Part shown: positions 30,158-47,090 of the stretch, piece after piece
How the letters are laid out: each line of letters opens with the position of its first letter
How positions within the stretch are numbered: position 1 is the first letter of the stretch
Origin: the human T2T-CHM13v2.0 reference genome, Homo sapiens
Assembly (NCBI RefSeq): GCF_009914755.1
Contig: NC_060930.1
Length of the DNA: 64,000 bases
Direction: 5' to 3' (one strand)
Notes under the pieces: generated by a model
Told to the model about the DNA's origin: nothing
The model's input: the letters and a program-made list of their open reading frames with translations, nothing else
The model's database searches: none
Position numbers and translations under genes: made by a program

Positions 30158-31337
30158 AAAATACATTCATACAAGTGACATAACACAAAATGGTGGAATG
30201 AGAAGGTCTTGAAGTTGCTCCCTTCAACAAAACAAGAAATGAACTGGAAAAAGCACTTTTGAATCAGCTACATCAGAATTCTAGAACCTGATTGGACACT
30301 TAAAACAACTAGAGGAGTGCTGGATAAAGTCAGAGGCTGCTATTCTAAGGTAAGAGAGTGGCACGCATGAACCAGCCACCATCCTGCATTATTCAGCCCC
30401 ATCATGGCTGTGAAGATAGATGCTTCTGTTTCTGGAGCAGCTGGCTGGTGTCAGCATGAGCAGTGGGGACCTTCTCCTCCAAAAACTTGGGGTTGTGTGC
30501 ATTGATGGGTCTGGGTGCCCTCAGGGACTGGCAGAGACACCTGCCTTGGTTTCAGCTCTCTCAGCAGCAGCAGCAGATCTCCCCAGTGACATGTATCAGA
30601 AGATTTAAAGGGCCAGTGCCCTTTTTTCTTTTTTGTTTTTGGAGCCAGACATTTAAGAAAATCCTTGTCAGGTCACTAGCTGATAGCAGAGATAATGGAA
30701 TATAAATTTTAGTTAGCACGTACAACAAGGAATATACTTTGCAAAAATGGTTTAGAAAAGTCACAAACAGACTGCCCCATCCTTCGACAAGCAGAAATCA
30801 ATAATCCTTAAGTTCTCAGATAATCAAATTTACCACATTGATACTCAAATTGTGCAATTCTCAAAAAAAGAATTACAAGCAATACAAAGAAACAGAAAAG
30901 TATTAACTCATTCACAGGAAAGAAAAAGAATTTGACAGAAATCATTCCTGGGAAAGCCTAGATACTGGAATTACTAACCAAAGATGATTAACCAATTGCC
31001 TGAAATAAGCTCAGTGACCTAAAAAAAACCATGGATGAAGAACTAAAGGAAATTGGAAAAATAATGTATGAACAGAATATCAATAAAGAGATAGAAATTA
31101 TGAAAAAGGAACCAAACAGAAATTCTGGAGCTGAAGTTACAACATCTGAAAGGAAAAATTCACTAGAGAGCTACAACAGCAGATTTGAATACATGAAAGA
31201 AAAGCTCTGTAACCTTGAAGATATGACAATTAAAATGATTAAGACTAAAGAGCAAAATTTTTAAAAAGATTAAAAAATAAACAGAGCCTGAAGGACCTGT
31301 TGCATAACATCAAGTATACCAACATCTGCACATAGTA

Positions 31338-31701
31338 TGTATTGGTCCATTTTCATGCTGCTGATAAAGACATACCTGAGACTGGGCAATTCACAAAAGA
31401 AAGAGGTTTATTGAACTTACATATGGCTGGGGAGATCTCACAATCATGGCAGAAGTCAAAGAGGAGCAAGTCACCTCTTATGTGGATGGCAGCAGGTAAA
31501 GAGAGATGGCTTGTGTAGGGAAACTCCCATTTTTAAAACCATCAGATCTCATGGGACCCATTCACTATCACAAGAACAGTGCAGGAAAGACCAGCCCCCA
31601 TAATTCAATCACCTCCCACTGGCTTTCTCCATGACACATGAGAATTGTGGGAGTTACAATTCCAGATGAGATTTGGGTGGGGACACAGACAAACCATGTC
31701 A
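31338..31701 (-). mobile_element. THE1 solo LTR (THE1A/B-like)
   Basis: tgtattggtccattttcatgctgctgataaagacatacc...gggtggggacacagacaaaccatgtca; 5-bp TSD tagta on both sides. Confidence 0.93.
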
Positions 31702-33571
31702 TAGTAGTATGAGAAGGAGAACAGAGAAAGAAAGAAGCAGAAAAAATTATCTGAAGAAATAATGGATGAAAACTTCCCAAATCTGACAGACATTAATACA
31801 TATATCAAAGAAGCCCAATAAACTTCAAACAGGAAACTCAAAAAAATCTACACTGTGACACATTATAGTCAAATTGTTGTAAGTAAAAGACAAAGAGAAA
31901 ATTTCCAAAGCAGCAAGAGAGGTGACTTGTCATGTACAGTGAGTCCTCAATAAGACTGACAATGACAATGTATTTCTCATCAGAAACTTTGGCGACAAGA
32001 AGGCAGTGGGATGACAAAGTCTTGTAAGAATAAAATTGTGAATGAAGAGTTCTCTATCTGGTAAAATGGCCATTTAAGAGTGAAGGAGAAATTACAACAT
32101 TTTCAGTAAAACAGAAGCTGAGATTAACTTTCCAGTAACTTTCCCTATAAAGAATACTAAAGGGAGTTTTTCAGGCTGGCATGGAAAGACTCTGGACAGT
32201 AACTTGAAGCTATAGGATAAAATAAAGAACACTGGTAAAGGAAACTATATAGGTAAACATACTGGCCAGCATTATTATACTTTTGGTTTGTAACTTCCCT
32301 TTTTATCCTACACGATTTAAAAGTCAAATGCATAAAATTATAAGTCTATCTTAAAGGGCAAATACTGTATAAGGATACATCTGCAACAATAACATAAAGG
32401 GGAATGAAAAGAGATGTATAGGAGCAGAGTATTTGCATACTATTGAAACTCATTTGATATTACTCAAACTGGGTTGTTATCAGTTTAAGATATTAATATT
32501 AATCTCCTAAGGCAACCACTAAGTAAATAACTTAAAAATATACAGAAAAGTAAAGAAGGAGGGAATCAAAATGGCACACTACAAAAAATCAACTAACTCC
32601 AAAAAGAGGCAGTAGTGTAGTAGTGTAGTGTAGCAAATGAGGAATAAGTAAAATAAATAAACATGTAAAATATACACAACAAATAGCTAAATGGTAGAAA
32701 TAAATCCTTTCTTATCAGTAATTACTTTAAATTCAAATTGATGAAAACCTCCTATTAAAAGACAGGGATGAAAACAGTGGATAAATTAAAAAATAAAAAC
32801 ATGATCTATGTACTGTATACCAGAGACTCACTTTAGATACAGAGACACAAAGAAGTTGAAAATGAAAGGATGAGGTAAGATATTTCATGCAGATAATAAC
32901 CAAAAAAGAGCTGAAGTGGCTATATCATTGTCAGGCAAACTAACCTTTAATTCAAAAAAGTTTACTAGAGGCAATGGAGGACATTATACATTAATAAAAT
33001 GTTCAAACCATCATGAAGATATAACATTTATAAACATATATGCATCTAACAACAGAACTCTAAAATATACGAAGCAAAAATGAACAGAATTGAAGGAAGA
33101 GGTAGATAGTTCTACAATAACAGTTGGAGACTTTCATACTACACTTTCAATAGTGAGCAGAATAACCATACGGCCATATAGCAGAATAGATCAAAAAGGA
33201 AATAGAGGACTTGAACAACACAATAAACCAATTTTACCCATACACATATACAAAACAATCCACGCAACAACTGAAAAATACACATTCTTCTCAAAAGGTA
33301 TGTTTGGAACATTCTGCAAGATAGACCATAGGGCTAGATCACAAAATTTCTTAATAAATTTCAAAACATTTAAGATATTGAAATTTTAAAACAAAAAATC
33401 TTTTTTAATCACAATAGAAGGAAACTACAAATCAATAACAGAAGGAAAACTAGAAAATTAACAAATCTGTAAGAGCTAAACAACACAGTCTTAACCAACA
33501 AATGGGTCAAAGAGTAAATCACAAGGGAAATTAGAAAACACCTTGAGATTAATAAAAACAACAACATCTCA

Positions 33572-37216
<3,645 letters not shown>

Positions 37217-40200
37217 AAAACAACAACATCTCAAAACCTATAGGACACAGTGAAAGAGGAGCTACGTGGGACATTTATGCTGTAAACAGTGACATTTAAA
37301 AAGAGGAGAGATCTCAAATCAACAACCTACCTGAACACCCAAAGAACAAGAAAAAGAAGATTAAAGTAAACCCAAAGCTAGCAGAAGGAATGAATAATAA
37401 AGATTACAGTGGAGATAAATAAAATTGAGAATAGATTAATGATAGACTCAAAAGTTGATTCTTTGAAAAGGTCAACAAAATAAACAAACCTTTATCTAGA
37501 CTAAGTAAGAAAAAGAAAGCAAAGACTGAAATTGCTAAAATCAGAAATGACAGTAGGAATATTACTACCAATTTTGCATAAATAAGAAGGATGATAAGAA
37601 AATACTATGGAATATTGTATGCCAACACATTGGATAGTCTGGATAGAATGGAAACATCTAGACCGAAAATACAAAATTGATTCAAGAAGCAGCAGAAAAT
37701 CTGAATAGACCTATAACAAGTAAGCATATTGAATCAGAAATCAAAAACCTTCCAACAAAGAAAAGTTCAGGGCAAGTTGGCTTCAGTGGTGAATTCTATC
37801 AAACATTTAAAGAATAACTGACATCAATAGTTCTCAAACTCTTCTAAGGAATCTAAGAGACGGAAACATTTTATAATGCTTTTCCTTAAGACTAACAGTA
37901 CCATTATACTAGAACTGGGAACAGATACTATAATAAAAGAAACCAGCAGGCTTTTATGAATATAGATTTAAAAAAACTCAACAAAGTACTAGCAAGCCAA
38001 ATTTATCAGTATAGTAAAAGGATTACACACCATGACCAAGTAAATTTTATTTCAGGAATTCAAATGTCCTTCAGCATATGAAAATCAATCAATACAGTAT
38101 ACCACATTAATAGAATGAAGGGGAAAAACTCACATGAGCATATTAGTTGATACAGAGAAAGCATTTGCCAAAATCCAGCATCTTTTCATGATAAAAACAT
38201 TCAATAAACTAGGAATAGGGGGTAACTCCTTCAACATCAGAAAGGCCATATGTGAAAAACCCATAGCCAACATCATCCTCAATGGTGAAAGACTGAAATG
38301 TTTTCCCCTAAAATCAGGAACAAGACAAAATTGCTCATCATCATCACTTCTATTCAACATAGCACTGAAAGTTCCAACCAGAGCAATTAGACAAAAATAA
38401 AATAAAATAAAATAAAAGGCATCCAAGCTGGAAGGAGGAAATAAAATTATCTCTGTTCTCAGATGATATAATCTTATATGTCGGAAGCTCTAAAGAAACC
38501 ACACACAAAAAAAAAAACTGTTGGAGCTAATAAACAAATTCAGCAAATTTGCAGGATACAAAATCAACACACAAAAATCAGTATATTTCTATACACTAGC
38601 AAGGAACACTCTGTAAAGGAAATTAAGGAAAAAAGTTTCATTAATGATAGAATCAATTTACAAATAAATTTAACCAAGGAAGAAAAAGACTTGTAAAGTG
38701 AAAACAACGAAACGCTGCTGAAAAAAGTTAAGGACAACATAAATAAACAGAAAGACAACTTGTGTTCATAGACTGGAATACTAAATATTTTTAAATGACA
38801 AAACTAATTAAAGCTGTCTAAAGATGTAATGTAATCCTTTCAAAATCCCAATGGTGTCTTTTGCATAAACAGAAAAACCTATTCTAAAATTTTTTAAGGA
38901 ACTTCAAAGGACCCCAAATAGATCTTGAAAATGAAGAACAAAATTGGAAGACTCGTGCTTCCCAATTTCAAAACTTCCTACAAAGCAATAGTAATCAAAA
39001 TACCATGGTATTGGCATAAGGATAGAGACATGGACCAATGGAATAGAATAAAGAGCCTAGAAGTAAGCCCTCATATATCCAGTCAATTCATTTTCAGCAA
39101 GGTTTCAAGACTACTCAAAGGGGAAAGGACAGTCTTTCCAACAAAAGATGGCGGGAAAACATGCATAATAAAGTTGAACTCTTACTTTATGTCATATATA
39201 AGAATTAACTCTAAATGGATTAAAAACCTAAACTTCAGAGATAAAAATGTAAAACACACAGAAGAACACTTAAGGGAAAATCATAACGTTGGATTTGGCA
39301 ATGACGTTTTAAATATGACACCAAAAGCAAAAGCAACAACAACACCATAGATAAATTGAACTTCAGCAAAAATAACAACCTTTAAGCAAAGAAGACATAC
39401 AAATGGCCATTAGGTGCATAGAGATATGGTCAACATTATAGTTGTTAGGGACATGCAAATTAAAACCACAATGAAATATTACTACGCACATTAAGATGAC
39501 TGTTGTTTTAAAAAAAATGGAAAATAAGTGCTGGGAGGATGTAGAACAATTGGAATCCTAGTTGGTGGTGGGAAGGTAAAATAGTATTGCTGCTATGGAA
39601 AATAGTTTGACAGTTCTTCAAAAAGTTAAATATAAAATTATCGTATGACCCTGTAATTCCACTCCTACAATCCCACTCCCAAAATAATTAAACAAGGGGA
39701 ATTAAATGGGTACTCATACAACAATGTTCACAGTAGCATTATTCACACACAATAGCTGAAAGTGGCAACAAGTATCTATCAACGAATAAGTAATTGGATA
39801 AAATGGCATATACATACAATGGATTAATATTCAGCCATAAAATTGAATGAAGTTCTGATGGTTGCTACAGTATGAATAAACCTTGGAAACATTATGCTAA
39901 CTGAAAGAAGTCAGACACAAAGGATAAACATTACATGATTCCTCAAAGATGAAATACCTAGAAAAAACAACTTTAAAGATAAGGAATGTAGAGTAGAGGT
40001 TATTAGCAGCTAAAAGGCAGGGGAAATGGGGAGTTATTGCATAATTACTAAGAGTGTTTGTTTGGAGTGATTAAAAAGTTTTAGAAATAGATAAAGATGA
40101 TAGTTACACAGCATTGTAAATGTATTAATGCCACTGAATTGTACACTTAAAAATGCTTTAAATGATAAATGGTACGTTGTGTGTATTTTACAACAATAAA

Positions 40201-40724
40201 AATACATTCATACAAAACAGTAATGTTCGTTTCGAACACATACAAAACAGTATACATTAAAATGGTTGCATATGAAGTGAGAGAGGGGTACACAGGGAAA
40301 AGGCATAACTGTGAAAAAAAATGAATGAATAACAAGAAAGAGGCCTAACAAGAACCAATAATCAACAACAGACCATGAAATAAGAATTCTTAAACTCTAT
40401 TCTGTACCTGAGGTCTGAAAGAAAACCAAAAACAACAAAAATATCTGAGTGTGTCAAATTATGAACTGCCATTTTGAATGGAACCGACACACATGTCCTC
40501 GCGGATTATGATACTCTTCTCATATATTGTCTCAGATCAGGATACTTAATTCCAAAGGGAGTTACTGAGAAATGGAAGGAAATGTATGTGAAGGCTACAG
40601 AGCACATTTTACTGAAAGACAGCTGTGTGACACTACCTTCATGTTGATGAATTGGTCCTCCTCTTAATTCTTACAGTACTTTTTATTGATAACATTTGTA
40701 ATGAATTAAAGATGATAGTCAAGA

Positions 40725-40995
40725 ATTTTTTGATGTTCCTGCTACCAAGAGATGCAGTTAATTTCCCTTACGTTTAAATATGGGTTGGTTTGCAACAGCC
40801 TTATCTTATACAGACAGTAAAAGTGTCAGTGTATGATTTCCAAAGCCAAGTTGAAGGTTGATTCCTTGGAATACATCTCTCTGGGACCCCTGAACTGCAT
40901 GTAAGAAGTCAACTGTTCTGACATAGCCGTGCTCGACAGGCCATAAAAAGGCGCTCTGGGTGATAGCTCCAGCTAAGCCATTTTCTCTAAACCAC
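40725..40995 (+). mobile_element. MLT1-type LTR fragment
   Basis: gtgtatgatttccaaagcc...ctgaactgcatgtaagaagtcaact...ccagctaagcc. Confidence 0.55.
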
Positions 40996-41019
40996 ATACA
41001 TGCCCATAGTTAAAAAAAA

Positions 41020-41950
41020 AAATGCAGCTACAAGAAGGTGATGTGAAAAGTAAACATCTCCTCTCCTTGTCTCTCAACACTACTGCCCCTCCCTTTAGAC
41101 AATTTCTGTTCGTTTGCTATTATTTCTTCCAAATATATTCTGTGCATGTGTTACATTTATATTTACATTTATCCATTCTTATTTACATAGAAATGCAGAT
41201 ATGACCTTATGCTTCTCAGTTAACAAAGTATCTTGGAGATAGATCCATATCATCATATAAAGAGCTTTCGTGTTCCTTTTCATGGCTGTATGTAAGCAAT
41301 GTCTGGACGTAACCACAATTTATGTAACCAGTTCCAACTTGACTGTTTCCAGTCATTTGACATTCCAAACAATGCTGCAATAAAAAACCTTGCATATTTG
41401 ACCTAGAAGCCCAATTCCTGGATTCCAGGATATGCACATTTTACATTTTGATGTATATTGACAAATTGCTTCTTAGAGAGTTTGCACTTATTCATACTCC
41501 ATCAAAAATGTGGGGAATACCAGTGCAACTAGCACTGTGTACTATCAAGCATTACATTCTTTACAAGTCTATTAGGTCAAAAATGTTTAATTGCTCTCTA
41601 ATTTGCATTTATTTTATTATGGATAGAGTACAACATCTTTTCATGTGTGATATTATATATATACATTTATCTATATCTATACGTATTTGTTTCAGTGAAC
41701 TTATCTATTTATGATTTTGTCTATTTTATAGGGAGTAATTACTTGTATTTAATGATTTCAAAAAGCTCTTTAGATTTTAGTTAGCCCTTTGTCATATTAG
41801 ATACATTTTTCTACTTTTTTATCTGTCTTTTAACATTACCTATATTCTTATTTTTGCCATACATAAATTATAATTTTTAATTACTCAAATTTGTCAACTT
41901 AGCATTTTTTCTTGATATTTTCTAGCCTTTCCTACCTCTTGATTTATTTT
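41020..41950 (-). mobile_element. L1ME 3' fragment
   Basis: tatcttggagatagatccatatc...ccacaatttatgtaaccagttcc...ctaatttgcatttatttt. Confidence 0.7.
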
Positions 41951-41964
41951 TTCAACCTAATATC

Positions 41965-42828
41965 TTTTATTTATTTGTTTTTTTTTTAAATTCAGGGGGG
42001 TACATGTGCATGTTTGTTACACGAATATATTACATACTGGTGGATACTGGGCATCCAGTGAACCCATTACCATTACCAAACAGTGAACATCATACCTGAT
42101 AGGTTATTTTTCAACCTTCCCCCTCAACTCTTTCCCCTTTTAGAGTCCCTGGTGTCCATTATTTCCATCTTTAGGTCTATGTCTGCCAAATGTTTAGCTC
42201 ACCCTTAGTGAGAACATGCAGTATTTAGTTTTCTGTTTCTGAGTTAGTTGACTTAGTATAATCGTCTCCACCTCCATTCATTTTGCTGCAAAGGATGTGA
42301 TTTCATTCTTTTTTATGGCTGCATAGTATTCCATGCAGAATACATACCACACTTTATTTATCCAGTCAACCACTGATGAACCCTTAGGTTGGTTCCATGA
42401 CTTTGCTATTGTGAATGGTGCTGTGATGAACATGCAAGTGCAGGTGGCTTTTTTATACAATGATTTCTTTTCCTTTTGGTAGACACCCTGCAGTGTGATT
42501 ACTGGGTCAAATGGTAGTTCTACTTTTAGTTCTTCAAAAAATCTCCATACTGCTTTCCATAGAGGTTGTACTAATTTACATTCCCACCAACATTGTGTAA
42601 ATGTTCCCTTTTCTCCGCATCCACGCCAACATCTATTGTTTTTGACATTTTAATAACAGCTATTCTGACTGGTGTAAGATGATATCTCATCATGGTTTTA
42701 ATTTACATTTCTTTGATGATTAGTGATGTTGAGCATTTTTTCATGTTTTTGTTGACCACTTTTCATGTGTACGTCTTTAGAGAAAAGTCTGTTCAGGTCC
42801 TTTACCCAGTTTTTAATGGGGTTGTTTC
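41965..42828 (-). mobile_element. L1PA16/L1PB-like 3' end
   Basis: poly-T, ttcaggggggtacatgtgcatgtttgttac; minus ORF ...MEYYAAIKKNEITSFA. Confidence 0.85.
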
Positions 42829-42849
42829 CTTCTACTGTCTTTACAGACT

Positions 42850-44500
42850 CAAATTTTATCTTTAAATATATTTTAAACACTCTGAAAATTATAGACAGTG
42901 GAATGTACAAATATGAAGTACACAGTTTAAATAGTTTTAGCAAATGTGTGCATTTGTGCAACTCATGCAACTATCAGAGTTGAGAAAATTTTCATTTACT
43001 CCAGAAAGTTTCCTCATGCCCCCTTCTCGGTTCTCTCCATACCCTGCATTTGAAGCAACAATTTTCAGATTTCTCTCATCTGAGATTAGTTTTGCCTGTT
43101 CCTAAAAGGCTTATAAATGGGATCATGCAGAATATATTCTTCTGTTTTTAGCCCTTAATGCTCAACATGTTTTTTGTTTGTTTGTTTTGTTTTGTTCTGT
43201 TTTTTTTGGTTCATGAATGTTGTTGTGGGTATCAGTAATTCACTCCCCTTTTACTTACTGAAGCTGTGTCATTGTCTGGGGTAAATACCCAAGGTTCATC
43301 ATCTCACACCAAGGAAATCAAGGACATGGACACACAAGAAGTGAGTTTAAGAGTGGAGGTTTAATAGGTGAGAGAAAAGAGAAAAGCTCTCCTTCCTGCA
43401 GAGAGGAGCTCCTGAGTGGGTCTTCCAATTTTATGGTGAAACGCATAGGGTTTTATAGACAAGCTTGAGAAGTGGTGTCTGATTTACATAGGGCACAGGA
43501 GATTGGTCAGACCAGGTGTGCCACCTCAACCTAATCTTTTATTATGCAAATGGGTTCTCTACCTGTCCGGCGCCATGTTGCCTGTTCCTTTATTGTACAT
43601 GTGGTTGACAAAGAAAAAGGGAGGTGGAGCCTCATGTTGAACATGCCTGGCCCCCAGGTAGCCTTTTCCTATTGGCACAACTGCTAGCATTCACCCGTGC
43701 AAGCATCTAGCTTGCCTTTCTTTGTCTGCAGCTTGATTTTAGGGGCTGCTCTTTATTAGAAAAGAAATGATTTGGGGGCTGCTTTTCGTTAAAAGCGAAG
43801 CCTTACTGAGGACTCTCTTACCCTCACTAACAGCCTAAATAATTTCTTTTTAGCTCCTGTATCATTATGAGTAGTATTCTGTGGTATAAATATACCACAA
43901 TTTGCTTATCTGTCTCTTAATGGTGAACATTTCCATTTTTGCATGTTCTGGCTAATATGTATAAAGCTATGTGATCATTCTTGCACAAACTTTTTGTAGA
44001 CATGTTTACATTTCTCTTAGGTAAATACCTAGAAGTGTAATCCGTGAATGACACAATACATTTTCAATTTTTAAAAAGCTTTATAAGAAACTTTCCAAGT
44101 ATTTTGCAATGTGGTTGTGTAAGTTTATACCTCATTATCATTGTATGAGAATTCCAGTTGGTCCACATCGTCATGAACAGTTGGTGTTCTCAGTCTTATT
44201 AATGTTAGTCATTCTGAATGGTGAATGCTAGCACGTTGTCATTTTAATTGCATTTCTGGTAACTAACAATGTGGAGCATTTTTTAATGTGCTTACTAATC
44301 ATTGATATATCTCTTAATAAGTGTCTAAGTCTTTGCTCATTTTCATTGGATGGTTTGCCAGTTATGTATATTGTGACTATTTTCTCCAAATCTGTGGTTT
44401 CACTTTTTTAAAATCAGTGTCAAATGTTTTCTGAAGAACAGATGTTTTTAAATTTGATGAGTTCAGTTTATCAATAATTTCTACTACATGTTCATGTGTA
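42850..44500 (-). mobile_element. L1ME/L1MB-type 3' region interrupted by MER50
   Basis: ttactccagaaagtttcctcatgccc; ataccacaatttgcttatc; ttgtatgagaattccagttg. Confidence 0.7.
43259..43864 (-). mobile_element. ERV1 solo LTR (MER50-like)
   Basis: Reverse complement begins tgatacaggagctaaaaagaaattatttaggc; TG..CA ends; 4-bp TSD ttac/ttat. Confidence 0.8.
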
Positions 44501-45585
44501 CATTCACACACACAAACACAGAGTTACACTTCTAATGAAAGCTAACCCTGTGGATCTCAAACTTTCTATTTCCACCCAAACCATAGTTACAGCTGTTACA
44601 GCTGACAGATTGTCATTAATCAAATTATTAATTTCATTCACATTAAAAATGCATACACATAAATACTTGTTGTAATGAAACAGCATATTTTAGAATGCAT
44701 AGCCCTTCTCATTTTGAGCTCCCACTAACTTACAGGTGTTTTCAAACTTAAGATTATACATACGGTCATTTCCAAAAGGAGAGCTTTTTCCTAAATTCTT
44801 CATTAAAATTTATTAACTCCTTGTCAGAGAGGCTGAGGACAAAGACGCTTGAACTAATATGTCAGTACCATTGCCAGCAAAGATCAATGAGGGAGGAGAA
44901 AAACAAATCTCAACAATACTATGTCAGTGAAACTATTGGCTTAAATTTACCTAATGTATATTCGGCTATCCAAGAACATACTTTTACAGTAAGGATATAC
45001 TCTCCTTCATTTCCATATCTCTCATTTTGGGGGCTGAAAAAAGGAGCTATTAATGCAACCAAATGGCTTATTCAGGTCACACAGCATTGAAGCAAGGAAA
45101 CTAGCCAAAGCCGCCTGCCAACATTCACCAGTGAACACCCCATGGCATCGAGTCTGGCCATGGCAGCCATCTATCTTCACAGCCACCAGATCTCTTGAGC
45201 TTCTACATTTCCCTTACCCTCCCTTGGAGAACCCTACCTCCTGGTGCACATCTCAGAAATACAATCTCAGTGCTTCCCTCTGCCAGGATGACTTGGCCCA
45301 TCTCAGGCATATTGATTGGAACTCAGTGGAAACTTTTCAGTCAATTTTTTTAAAAGAAAGAAAACCACCCAGGCACAACTGAAAAAAAAAACACAAAACC
45401 TTAAATTCTATTCAATGATCTGGGTTTGTGCCAGACTGGAGGGAACAACTTGCAAATTCTTCTTTAGAAGCTGTCAGAATACTTGCCTTAAATTTGCTCT
45501 GACTCAGCTCTCTGCAGGAAAGACATGTTGCCACAGCTGATTCATCAATAAACTGTTTCTTGTCCAAGACAAGTCATAGACTCAC

Positions 45586-45742
45586 CTTTGATTCCACTTG
45601 ACTCTGTTCGGTTCAAGAAAGGGGTGCTTGCAGTCAGAGTGGACCACCACACAACTCCCGCAACTCAGTATGCCTTGAACTGCTCAGAGAATGGCAGTTG
45701 AGCTTGTCTTCTTCACTCCTGGATGTGTACTCATTCCAAAGG
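45586..45742 (-). other. Candidate non-coding exon (157 nt)
   Basis: Minus strand: ctgtttttgttgaaag| acceptor and AAG|GTGAGT consensus donor, in non-repeat DNA; stops in all three frames. Confidence 0.35.
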
Positions 45743-46984
45743 CTTTCAACAAAAACAGATGTTTAGGAGAAAAGGTACAATTTAGAAAATGTCAAATCAC
45801 CAGGTGCTTCCTTTTCATGATGAATAAATATCAATTTTTTAAAAAAGATGGTGTCAGTAGCAATCCAAAACACGTACTATAGGAAGTGAAAAATATAAGG
45901 GCATCCTCCAATTCTTTAAAGACTTATTTTTCTATGAATTGTTCTTCTGTACCCCATAGCATTGTGTTAAGTTTAAATACCAATAGCCATCTTTTATTTC
46001 TATTGCTGAAAGACTAAGTAGTAACTTACATGAAGGTAAAATATGTCTCTACCAATACATCTAACTGTATTTATCACATACATTCAATAGAAATTTCAAT
46101 AGAAAGCTATTATCTGTCAAAAAAAATTCAGGCTTCTTATTGCATTTGAATCTGAATCTGATAGTTTATATTTTCTTTTATGCAGTATGTGAAAAGAAAA
46201 GTTGATTCCAGATATGTGGTTTTCCTGATCATCAGAAGATTATGCACCAGAAAAATTAAGCAACAACTTTGTACTTAATATTGGGCAAACAAGTAGGAAG
46301 GATTTTCTAGTCCTATTGAAGAGCTGATGTAATTTCAGTACTGGGATAAATATAACTAAGTATTTTTTTCCTTTATATATATTTTCTCAAGAATGTTCAT
46401 TATTCTCTGAGCTCTTATCTGGACTCTGCATTGTAAATATTCTTTTTATAAGAAGAATACTATAAAATTGAAAATACTTGATAGTGAACTCTGATTCTTT
46501 CTTAAGGTTTATTATATACCACTGTGACTTATAATATATTTTAATTTTATCTAAGGCTGAATTAAGTTGTTTGTTTGTTTAGCTTTATAATTTCTATTTC
46601 TAATCACTAAAGAGGGGTAAATTTTGATAATCAGTGAGAATTTTGCCGGGGGGAAGGAGTTCTGGAATGGAAGACAGGAACTGAAATAAATTTGCTCCTC
46701 TATAAAAGCAACAGAAACAATGACAAAAGCCATCAGAATCAACTTGTTCAGAGCTCTGAAAGTTAATAAAAGGCAGGCAATTATTTGAGAAACATTTATT
46801 TAAGAAAAACTGCTGAACCTACATGAGAACAGGGCCTTTGTGATCTTTTAACTTGTTCGTAGGAGCCTTGAATACTAACCATCTGGCAGCCACAGTTGCT
46901 ATAAAAACCAGCAGCCTTGCAGCCACTAAATGGGACAGACTTGATTTGAAACTTCTCAAAAGTTCCCATCTTCAGATCAGTGTT

Positions 46985-47090
46985 CACTATTTGACTTGAC
47001 ATAGAGCTCACTCTGCCAGAAAAGCTCTATTTGCAGTCACTATCTGACCTGACTTGGAGCTCACTCTGCTAGAAAAGCTCTACCCCCAGA
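46985..47090. repeat. 53-bp tandem repeat in L1 5'UTR
   Basis: cactatYtgacYtgac..gagctcactctgcYagaaaagctcta x2. Confidence 0.85.
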
